From positions 1 through 43,981 of the forward strand of contig CANRDL010000005.1 of assembly GCA_947629405.1 (NCBI GenBank): DNA of 43,981 nucleotides. Direction: 5' to 3'. The notes below the pieces were generated by a model that saw only the letters and a list, made by a program, of their open reading frames with translations, was not told the DNA's origin and ran no database searches. The translations under genes were made by a program, and so were the position numbers. Source of the stretch: an uncultured Bacilli bacterium (GTDB lineage: Bacteria > Bacillota_I > Bacilli_A > RF39 > UBA660). Positions 10,018-19,600 of this stretch are shown here, piece by piece (the first letter of the stretch is position 1; each line of letters begins with the position of its first letter).

Positions 10018-10579
10018 TTTTATTTCCTCCTTTTTTCTTTTTTATTAATATAATTATTGCTACTATTAATGCTATCGGAATTAAAATCAACAATGAAACA
10101 ATAATTAATGCTTTACTACTAGGAAATTCATAATAAAAAGAATAATTATCGCCTTTTACAGAAGTAAAATTGCTAATATCAGTAGAAGAAATATCAACTA
10201 TATCAACTTTTAATTCTTTAGCACTTTTATCAATTGTTAAATTTATACTTCCTACCTTAATCTTTGATTTCCATTCTCCAATATATAGTAATCTATTATT
10301 GTTAAATCCTCCGTTAAATTTTTCATTTGGAGTAAATGAATTAAGTTTAACACCTTTTCCTAATATAATATCAGCTTGTATCCCATCAAAACTTCCACCA
10401 TTTGAATTTGCATATAAATCACATACAATTGCTGTTCCTTTTTCAATTTTAGATGGACACTTTAAATTTACGCTTAAATCTTTTTTTGCAGCAGCAACAT
10501 TAAAAGGAAGAATAACAATTGATAAAAATAAAATTAAATTAGTAATTAATATTATATTTATTTTTTTATTCCTTATCAC
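10004..10579 (-). CDS. Cohesin-like domain protein with C-terminal TM anchor
   Basis: Signal peptide; the strand pattern IEKGTAIVCDLY...FDGIQADIIL...LNSF...VGSINLTIDKSA resembles a cohesin; C-terminal TM + KKKK. Confidence 0.6.
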   Translation of the reverse strand: MIRNKKINIILITNLILFLSIVILPFNVAAAKKDLSVNLKCPSKIEKGTAIVCDLYANSNGGSFDGIQADIILGKGVKLNSFTPNEKFNGGFNNNRLLYIGEWKSKIKVGSINLTIDKSAKELKVDIVDISSTDISNFTSVKGDNYSFYYEFPSSKALIIVSLLILIPIALIVAIIILIKKKKGGNKNEKK

Positions 10580-10643
10580 TCTTTTTCACCACCTTTATTC
10601 TTTTTCATAATAACAAAATATTCATTTTTTAACTTTATTTAAA

Positions 10644-13016
10644 TCAACTCCTAAACAAACTACTTGATGAACTAATAGAACTTGAACTTGAACTTGAACT
10701 TGAAATGCTCGAACTTGATGAAGAAGTAGTAGAATTATAGGTACTAATTTTACTATATGAACCAAGTATAAAGAATCCAACATCCTTTACATTTATAAGA
10801 TCAATTCCATTAGGATTTATTACATCAAAATGAGCTTTATAAATTGAGAAGTTTTTAGCATTTAAAATTTTAGGAGATTGTAGATAGTAATAAGAAATTA
10901 TTGAATAATCTGTTTGATTAACAACTTTATCACTATTAATATCAAAAATTTCATTTAAATAAGTTTTATTATCACTACTCGTTCCTGGAGTATTTGATCC
11001 AGGAGTACTTGAGCTTGGTGTACTTGAGCTTGGAACACTCGAACTTGGTGCGCTTGAACTTGGTGTACTTGTACTTGGATCACTCGAACTTGGAGTTGAT
11101 GATTTATTGTCTTTTCTTAAATTTAAAGTATATGTTTTAGTTGCCGTTCCATTTATTACAATTATCAAGTATGTGTTTATTTCTTTTAAGCCACCTGCTA
11201 TAACACGACTAGCAGTTCCTACTCCACTTACACAACCAGTTGTACCATCTGAATTACAAATTTTAACTGTTGCTTTGGAATCAGTAGCTGTTGCTAATAT
11301 TGGTCCTCCACCAATGTCTGTTATTATATCAGTTGTATATACTGTATTATTAGGATTAAAATCATTTATTTTAAACCAATTAGTTGGTGATGTTATGCTT
11401 TTCAATGTTGCATCGTTATTACCAGAATTTCCATTGTCAGTCTTTACAACATTAGCAGTAGTTTCATTTATAATAACATTAACACTTTTTTTAATTGAAG
11501 AATCAAGTTTTGATGTAGCGGTAATAGTTGCTATTCCAGGTTTTTCTCCATAAATCATTCCATTATCAGTAACACTCGCAATAGTAGAATCGCTTGTTGT
11601 CCAATTAACTTCTCGATTTGTAGCATTACCAGGAAGTACTATTGCTGTAATTTCAAAAGATCTACCTTGATTTAAATAAATATTATTACTTTGATTTAAC
11701 ACAATTTTTCTTGGATTCATTCTAGCTGTTGCTCCACTCTTTAATTGATAAGTAATTATATAGAATTTAGTTGTATCACCATTAATTACTTCTAGATAAT
11801 AATTACCACTTTGAGCATCTTCAAGATTAACATAACATGTATTACCACTTTGATAAATTCCATTTGTCGTTTTATAATAATCCGTTATTCTACATGTAGC
11901 ATTAGAACTATTTGGTGTAACTTTAAAATATAGTTTTCCATTATGTTTAACAGTATAATGTCCATCAGTATCTTTAGTACTAGTTTCATCACTATTTACA
12001 GTAAGACTTTTAATAGATACATCCTTCATACTAGAATCACTACTAACTACATTCAGTTTATAATTTCTTGATTCTTTTCCGTTTGTGACAGTAAAAGGAT
12101 AACTTCCAGTCTTAATACCGGCATATAAACCACATTCGGAATCTTTAGAAAATTTACTTAAAGAGCTAGAAGTAGTTGTAAAATTACAATAAGCTCCTAA
12201 ATCACCAGCTTTTACTCTAATTTCTCCAGTTTTAAATAATACATTATATTCTCCATCGTCTATTTTTCTAACTATATTACCTAAACCATATGCTGTAACA
12301 GATGATACTGAAGTACTATATCCACTAGTAGGAGTTAAAGCAATTAAATAATATTTTGCAGAATTTCCATTAGTTATTTTTATTTTATATGTACCTTTTT
12401 TAAATCCTTCTTTTTTTATAGTACATGTATTCTTATTTGATACAAGTCCACTAGTTATTCCAGTTGATGTTACTTCACATTTAGCAGAACTAGAACTAGC
12501 AACTATATTAATACTAGATGTATCATTAGTATAAGTATAATGATAATAATCATTTATATATGTTTCTAATTTTTTTCCACTATTATCCGTCACACTTTTT
12601 AAATTTACATTACTCAAACTAGAATCACTATTTTTTACATCTATAGTTAATACCTTAAAATATTGGGGATTACTGAAATTATCATTTTCTGAAAATATTT
12701 TTACTTCATATTTTTTAGATGGAATAGATCCATAAATTGTACATTTATTACCCATAGAGCTTACATTAGTTGTAACATTTTGAAAAGCACATCTTAAATT
12801 ACCAGAAGAAGTAGTTACTGTTATACTACCGCCATTTGCATTACTAACAACATAATTATATTCACTAACTTTCCTTATTGTTGTGGAAAATTTATCAGAC
12901 TCCACAGAGCCAACTCTAAATGTATCAGTAATTATAGCTTTGGCACTTATAATTGAAAAACTACTAATACAAATTACTAAAATAAAATATATATTAAATT
13001 TTAAAATTTTCTTCAT
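10644..13016 (-). CDS. Secreted 790-aa surface protein: Cys-paired cadherin-like repeats, Big_2, PSSS linker, dockerin-like module, poly-Ser tail
   Basis: Signal peptide; repeats ending in NG...K.Y.L; Big_2 motif VLPGNATNREVNWTTSDSTIASV; DATLKSI cadherin-like start; FDINSDKVVNQTDY Ca-loop. Confidence 0.8.
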   Translation of the reverse strand: MKKILKFNIYFILVICISSFSIISAKAIITDTFRVGSVESDKFSTTIRKVSEYNYVVSNANGGSITVTTSSGNLRCAFQNVTTNVSSMGNKCTIYGSIPSKKYEVKIFSENDNFSNPQYFKVLTIDVKNSDSSLSNVNLKSVTDNSGKKLETYINDYYHYTYTNDTSSINIVASSSSAKCEVTSTGITSGLVSNKNTCTIKKEGFKKGTYKIKITNGNSAKYYLIALTPTSGYSTSVSSVTAYGLGNIVRKIDDGEYNVLFKTGEIRVKAGDLGAYCNFTTTSSSLSKFSKDSECGLYAGIKTGSYPFTVTNGKESRNYKLNVVSSDSSMKDVSIKSLTVNSDETSTKDTDGHYTVKHNGKLYFKVTPNSSNATCRITDYYKTTNGIYQSGNTCYVNLEDAQSGNYYLEVINGDTTKFYIITYQLKSGATARMNPRKIVLNQSNNIYLNQGRSFEITAIVLPGNATNREVNWTTSDSTIASVTDNGMIYGEKPGIATITATSKLDSSIKKSVNVIINETTANVVKTDNGNSGNNDATLKSITSPTNWFKINDFNPNNTVYTTDIITDIGGGPILATATDSKATVKICNSDGTTGCVSGVGTASRVIAGGLKEINTYLIIVINGTATKTYTLNLRKDNKSSTPSSSDPSTSTPSSSAPSSSVPSSSTPSSSTPGSNTPGTSSDNKTYLNEIFDINSDKVVNQTDYSIISYYYLQSPKILNAKNFSIYKAHFDVINPNGIDLINVKDVGFFILGSYSKISTYNSTTSSSSSSISSSSSSSSSISSSSSLFRS
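10980..11100 (-). repeat. 15-bp tandem repeat encoding (P-S-S-S-x)n linker
   Basis: STPSSSDPSTSTPSSSAPSSSVPSSSTPSSSTPGSNTPGTSS, encoded by repeated CCAAGTTCx/CCAAGCTCA units. Confidence 0.85.
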
Positions 13017-13112
13017 TTTCTTCTCCTACTATCTAATGTTACTCTAATACAAATTTAACATAATTAAGAATAATAATCAATCATAATATGACAATTTTTT
13101 ACATATTTATAA

Positions 13113-16100
13113 TTATTTTTTATATAAAATATATTGACCTACTGATGAAACATCATTTAAATCTATTCCTGCTGGATTGATTAAATCTAATTGTTCTTTC
13201 CATTCTGAATACTTTTCATTATTTAAATATTTTGGAGAATTTAAATATATATAACTTATAATTGAATAATCTGTTATATTAACAATACCATCCTTATTTA
13301 TATCATATAATTGTTCTTTTTCTCCTTTACTTAATGCTTCGCTAGTTGTTGGTTCTGTTATTGTTACATTTATAGTTTTTTGACTATTACCGGATGCTTT
13401 TGAAGTAATTTTTAATGTCGTTGTACCAACGTTTACACCATAAATCATTCCATTTTCATCTACTGTTGCTATACTTTCATCAGCTGTTTCCCATGTTACT
13501 TCTCTATTTGTTACTGTTCCTGGTAATACTATTGCTACTACTTCTGTTGATCTTCCTTTATTTATTTTTATTTCTTCGTTATTTACTATTATTTTCTTTA
13601 CTGTATTTTTCTCTTTTTCGATAAGTTCTGTATAATCTGTTGCTGGTTTTTGGACAATTGGTGCTGAGCTTGAAGGTGTTGGTGTAGTGGTTTGAGTTAT
13701 AACTGCAAATCCATCTACTGTTGTATTTGTCTTTGTATTATAATTTGGTTTTACTGAATATCTTCTTATTTCTCCTGTTTTATAATAAATCTCTATTCTA
13801 CCTATTCTTTCATATGCTGCTTTTTGTAACAATGGTGTTGATTCTGCACTTGTTCCTTGCGCATATGTAGTATATTCTTTACCATTATTTTTATTATTTG
13901 TATACCAAATCCATTTACTTATTTTACTTGGATCTGCTATTTTTATCTTGTAAGTTGCCAAAGTATCAGTTATTGATACTAATTCAATACTAAATTCATT
14001 ATAAATTGCATTAGTTTTAGAATTATAATTTGGCATTACTATCCATTCTTTTATATTTCCATTAGTATAATATTTTGTTATTCTTCCAACTCTATTATAG
14101 CTTGTTTTATCTAAAGTAGGTGTTGAACTTGTTCTTGTACCTTGATTAAACAATGTATAATTTTTTCCATTATCTTTATTATTTGTTGACCATATCCATG
14201 ATTTTAAATTAGTATTTTTCATTCCTATTGTATATTGTATTCGATTATTATTTGGATATTTAATACTTAAACTAAAATCATTTGTATAATCAGTACTTTG
14301 AGCAATTTTTGGAACATTAGTTATTGAACTTGCTGCTGTTGCTGCAGCTGTTCCCTGAATAGATATATTAAATGTATATGTTTTTGTTGCTCCGTTTTCG
14401 GCTTTTACTGTTATTGCTATTTTTTTGGAATTTGTAATAGTATGCTCTGCTTGATTATTTACCATTCCTGATGGTGAAGTTATTACTGCTCCTTTATTTG
14501 TTGGATATGCTACTATTTCGAATTTTTTTGTTCCACTTGGTAAAATTATATTATATGATGTTGTATTTTTATTAAATGTTTTATCCCAAATTGTTTTAAT
14601 TGTTGTTCCAGTTTTAGTTGTATTATCATATCCACTAGTTTGATATATTGTAAATGACTTTAATGTTGCATCACTACTTTTAGTTGTCGGCTTAGCTGCT
14701 CTTTTTATTTTTATAGTATAATCTTTATTTTTCTTTCCGTTTTCTGATTTTACATTTATTGTTTCTGTTTTTGTCTTTCCAGCTTCTACATTCCATGTTA
14801 CTACTTTATCTTTTTTTAATCCAGCTGGTTTTGTTATTGTTGATTTTGGATTTTTAGTTACTACATTTACTTTTACTTTTGTTACTCCATTTGCTACTGT
14901 GGCACTATAAGTATTTCCACTCTTACTTACGTCAAAACTAGCTCCTGTACTAGCATTTTTTACTGTTATAGCACTAATTGCTGTGTCAGATTTATCAGTT
15001 GTTGTAGCCGGTTTAGTTGTAGTGGAATTTACCGTTATACCAGATGTAGTTGAAGCTACTGCAGTTGTTGCTTTACTACTTGCTACATTGCTACTTGTTG
15101 CTTTTTTATTTATAACTTCTACATTTACTACTTTTTTAACACTTGTCTTTCCTTTTGCAGTAACTGTTATTTTGGCTTTACCAACTTTTTTACCAGTAAA
15201 GTTTCCTTTTGAATCTACAGTCACAATTTTTGTATTGTTTGATTTAAATGATACATTTTTATTTGTTGCATTTGTTGGCTTAATTGTATAGTTTATCTTT
15301 TTACTTTTTCCAACTTCAACCATTCTATCTGTATCTTTTATTGTTATACTTGTAGGTTTTACATTCTTTGAAGAAGTTGCTTTTTTGGAAGAACTTACTT
15401 GTTTTGATGAACTAGTTTGATTAACTACAGTGGTAGTATTTGTAGTAGTATTCTTTTTTATAATACTAATTTTTTCTGTATAATATGTAGCTTGATGGTT
15501 TTTATTGGCAATTTTAATAGTAGATGTTCCTACTTTTTTACCGGTAATTTTACAACCATTACTTATCGCTGTTATTGTTACATTAGAATTGTTTGCTGAA
15601 CAAACAATAGCAGTACTTGAAGTTATATTTGTTGAAGATCCTTTTTGAATAGTACTATTAGGATCAGTATAATAAAATTTATAATTTTTAGTTGTTGTAT
15701 TCTTTGATTTATTCTTTGATTTATTATTTGATGTATTTTTAGATGTTCCACTATTATTAGTAGTATTAGTAGAAGCTGCTGGTGTTAAAGTTACAGAACA
15801 ACTAGCTGTTTTAGTATTTCCATATTTTGTAGTATATGTAGCCTTAACTTTAACTGTAGCACTTGTATTTTTATTTAATGTTAAAGTATTACCGGAAATG
15901 GATGCAGAAGTTGATTCAATACCATAACTACAACCATCAACCAACACAGGATTAGATTTGCCATAACAATCAATATGAGCTGTAGAAGGCTTTTTATATT
16001 TTTTTGTAAAACGTGAATTTACATAATCAAATCCGGCTGGGCAAGCATAATAGGAATTACCCCACGTATCATTCTTACCTGTAAAAATTGATTTAGTTTT

Positions 16101-16421
16101 ATAAAGATCTGTATAATATCTTTTACATGATAATATAGCCTTATTAGAACTAGTTTTAGTACATGTTACGGAAATTGAATTCAATTTACTATTATATGGT
16201 GTTTTTCCAGCATACGGAGATGTAATTGAAGCATTAAAATTTGTGTCGCTTAAATTAGTATTATTAGTAAAAAACATAATACCTACACCAATAGCAATTC
16301 CTACAATTAAAGTTATTCCTACAATTAGGAATGGTAACTTAAAATGAGTTAAATTATTTATTTTTTTACTCTTATTATTAGTTTTTTTATTAGTATTTTT
16401 CTTTTTATTCACAAAAATCAC
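13113..16421 (-). CDS. 1102-aa surface protein: N-terminal TM, Cys-rich domain, Big_2, two cadherin-like domains, duplicated WIW domain, Big_2, C-terminal dockerin-like module
   Basis: TM LIVGITLIVGIAIGVGIMFF; SSDATLKSF...VKAENGATKTYTFNI cadherin-like; YDINKDGIVNITDY...LDLINPAGIDLND. Confidence 0.82.
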   Translation of the reverse strand: MIFVNKKKNTNKKTNNKSKKINNLTHFKLPFLIVGITLIVGIAIGVGIMFFTNNTNLSDTNFNASITSPYAGKTPYNSKLNSISVTCTKTSSNKAILSCKRYYTDLYKTKSIFTGKNDTWGNSYYACPAGFDYVNSRFTKKYKKPSTAHIDCYGKSNPVLVDGCSYGIESTSASISGNTLTLNKNTSATVKVKATYTTKYGNTKTASCSVTLTPAASTNTTNNSGTSKNTSNNKSKNKSKNTTTKNYKFYYTDPNSTIQKGSSTNITSSTAIVCSANNSNVTITAISNGCKITGKKVGTSTIKIANKNHQATYYTEKISIIKKNTTTNTTTVVNQTSSSKQVSSSKKATSSKNVKPTSITIKDTDRMVEVGKSKKINYTIKPTNATNKNVSFKSNNTKIVTVDSKGNFTGKKVGKAKITVTAKGKTSVKKVVNVEVINKKATSSNVASSKATTAVASTTSGITVNSTTTKPATTTDKSDTAISAITVKNASTGASFDVSKSGNTYSATVANGVTKVKVNVVTKNPKSTITKPAGLKKDKVVTWNVEAGKTKTETINVKSENGKKNKDYTIKIKRAAKPTTKSSDATLKSFTIYQTSGYDNTTKTGTTIKTIWDKTFNKNTTSYNIILPSGTKKFEIVAYPTNKGAVITSPSGMVNNQAEHTITNSKKIAITVKAENGATKTYTFNISIQGTAAATAASSITNVPKIAQSTDYTNDFSLSIKYPNNNRIQYTIGMKNTNLKSWIWSTNNKDNGKNYTLFNQGTRTSSTPTLDKTSYNRVGRITKYYTNGNIKEWIVMPNYNSKTNAIYNEFSIELVSITDTLATYKIKIADPSKISKWIWYTNNKNNGKEYTTYAQGTSAESTPLLQKAAYERIGRIEIYYKTGEIRRYSVKPNYNTKTNTTVDGFAVITQTTTPTPSSSAPIVQKPATDYTELIEKEKNTVKKIIVNNEEIKINKGRSTEVVAIVLPGTVTNREVTWETADESIATVDENGMIYGVNVGTTTLKITSKASGNSQKTINVTITEPTTSEALSKGEKEQLYDINKDGIVNITDYSIISYIYLNSPKYLNNEKYSEWKEQLDLINPAGIDLNDVSSVGQYILYKK
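13433..13615. repeat. 183-bp inter-gene repeat (other copy 16949..17131), Big_2-encoding
   Basis: Direct comparison shows identity apart from one synonymous change (AAC/AAT). Confidence 0.9.
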
Positions 16422-16577
16422 TCTCCAAAATATCGTTACCTATTATAAGTAAATTTTATCACTGACTATTATATAATGTCAAACTTTTTTCGACAATTCT
16501 CAACATTTTAAAAATAAATATCTATGTTTAAAATGTTTAATTTTAACGATATATAAAACCAACATATAATTTTCATT

Positions 16578-16612
16578 AAAAAAAATTGTAAAATTATTTA
16601 AATTTTACAATT
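16578..16612 (-). terminator. Intrinsic terminator after the 1011-aa surface protein gene
   Basis: AATTGTAAAATT...AATTTTACAATT hairpin followed by a T7 run on the - strand. Confidence 0.65.
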
Positions 16613-19600
16613 ATTCTTTATATAAAATATAATGTCCTATTGAAGAAATATCATTTAAATCTATTCCCGCAGGATTAATTAAGTTTAATTGATTTTTCCA
16701 TTCTAAATATTTTTCATTATTTAGATATTGTGTATTATTTAAAAATATATTTGATGCTATTGCGTAATCAGTTCCATTAATAACATTATCTTTATTTATA
16801 TCATATAACTTTTCTTTATCAATAGTATTATTGATATTGTTAATATTATTAGTATTATTAACTGTTGATTCATTTATTGTCACATCTATAGTCTCTTGTA
16901 CTTCAGGATCTGAAACAGATGTGGCAATAATAGTAGTTGTCCCAGCACTTACACCATAAATCATTCCATTTTCATCTACTGTTGCTATACTTTCATCAGC
17001 TGTTTCCCATGTTACTTCTCTATTTGTTACTGTTCCTGGTAATACTATTGCTACTACTTCTGTTGATCTTCCTTTATTTATTTTTATTTCTTCATTATTT
17101 ACTATTATTTTCTTTACTGTATTTTTCTCTTCTTCTATTTCTTCTAGGCTAATTTCATCATCATTTTCATCTTCTTCAGGTTCAACATAATCTCCGTCGC
17201 TATCATTCTCTTCTTCAGGTTCAACATAATCTCCGTCGCCATCATTCTCTTCTTCAGGCTCAATATAATCTCCGTCGCCATCATTTCCTTCTTCTTCAGG
17301 TTCGATATACTCTCCGTCGTCATCATTTTTGTCATCAATTGTACTACTTAAACTACCTTTAACTGTCATATTAAATGTATAATCTTTTATTGTTCCATTT
17401 TCAGCTTTTACTGCTATTTTTATTGTTTTTTTATTAGTTATTGTGTATTTTGCTTGATTATTTTTCATTCCATTCGGTTTATTTATTACTGCTCCATTAT
17501 CATTTGGATACGCAACAATTTCAAAGTCTTTTGTTCCACTTGGAAGTGTTATATTATATGTCGTCTTATTTTTATTAAATGTTTTATCCCAATCACCTTT
17601 TATTTCTTTTCCTGTTTTAGTTATCTTATTATAACCGGCTGTTTTATATATCTTAACTGATTTTAAAGTGGCATCACTACTCTTAGTTTTTGGTTTTGCT
17701 TCTCTTGTTATTTTTAATGTATATTGATTTTTATTGTTTCCGTTTTCTGATTTTACTATTATTTTTACTGTTTTTGTCTTTCCAGCTTCTAATTTCCATG
17801 TTACTGCTTTATCGCCTTTTAAACCTGCTGGTTCAGTTATTGTTGCCTTCGGATTTTTAGTTACTACATTTACTTTTACTTGTGATATAGAATTTGCTAC
17901 TGTTGTACTATATGTATCATTATTAGAATTATATTTTACTGTAGCACTTGCACCAGTGATTGCATCCTTTACGGTTAACGCACTAATTTTAGCATTTCCT
18001 TTTCCTACGGATGATGCCGCTTTACTTGATGATACTTTACTTGATGATACTTTTGGTTTTGAAGATGCCGTTGCTTTAGTGCCTTTAATATTAATGGTAT
18101 AAGTTTTTGTAGTTCCATTTTCAGCTTGAATTTTTAAACTTATTGTTTTTGTTTTATTTGCTTCGATTGTATAAGTTTCATTTAAATCTCTTAACCCTGA
18201 TGGTGTTAAAACTGTTGCATATTGATTATTAAGTTTTACTTCTAAAGTCTTTTTACCAGCTTCAACACTCACATCATAACCATATTTTTCTTTTACAATG
18301 CTGACATTTTTGTTACCAACTTTTAAAGATTTTAAAGTTGCATCACTACTTTTTACTCTTACAGTATCTGTTGTGTATTTTGTTGCTGAAGTACCACTTG
18401 TAGAAGTTATTTTAAAGGTATAAGTTTTTGTAGTTCCATTTTCAGCCGTTACTATTATAGTTGGAGTCCTTGTTTCTCCAGCTTTAAAACCATATTCTGC
18501 TTGATTATTTTTCATTGCATAAGGATAGCTTATTATAGCACCATTATCATTTGGATACGCTACTAATTTTATAGAATTTACTCCGCTTGGTAATTTTATA
18601 TTATAAGATATTGTATTTTTATTAAAACTTTTATCCCAAGATGCATTAACTTCTGTACCTGTTTTTGTTGTTGCATTATAACCGGCTGTTTTATATATCT
18701 TAACTGATTTTAAAGTGGCATCACTACTCTTAGTTTTTGGTTTTGCTTCTCTTGTTATTTTTAATGTATATTGATTTTTATTGTTTCCGTTTTCTGATTT
18801 TACTATTATTTTTACTGTTTTTGTCTTTCCAGCTTCTAATTTCCATGTTACTGCTTTATCGCCTTTTAAACCTGCTGGTTCAGTTATTGTTGCCTTCGGA
18901 TTTTTAGTTACTACATTTACTTTTACTTGTGATATAGAATTTGCTACTGTTGTACTATATGTTTCATTATTAGAATTATATTTTACTGTAGCACTTGCAC
19001 CAGTGATTGCATCCTTTACGGTTAAATCACTGATTTTTGTATTTCCTTTTCCTACTGATGATGATGTTACTTTACTTGATGACGCTTTTGGTTTGCTAGT
19101 TGATGATGCTTTACTTGATGATGTTTTTGGTTTTGAAGATGTCGTTGCTTTAGCTCTTGTCATTACTAATTCATAATCTTGATGATTTTTCTTATTCGCT
19201 GAATATACTCTAATTTTTTTCTTTTTTGGTTCTCCAGCTTTTAAATCATATTCTTGAACTTTATCTTTTAATCCACTTGGCTCCGATATAGTTGCTTTAT
19301 TATTTGCAGTTGTTATTTTTATTGTTACTTTTGATACATTGTTTGCAACATTTACATTATATGTATTTCCACTTTTTTTTACATTGTTTGTAGAACCATT
19401 GGCAGTTAAACTTTTTATTGTAGCATTCCCATTTCCAGCGTTTGCCTCATAATTAGTATTGCTTAATTTAGTAGGTGAGGATAAAAAAATAATACCTACA
19501 CCTATAGCAATTCCTACTATTAAAGTTATTCCTACAATCAATAATGGTAATTTAAAATGATTTGTTTTTTTATTATTTATTTTCATAAAATATCTCCTTA

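Noticed and set aside
13433-17131. Near-identical repeat pair as a diversity-generating retroelement TR/VR
   Set aside because: Only one mismatch, no adenine-specific pattern, both copies are coding, and there is no reverse transcriptase in the window.
17161-17325. 39-bp periodic repeats as a CRISPR array
   Set aside because: No unique spacers; the repeats are in-frame coding sequence; no cas genes.
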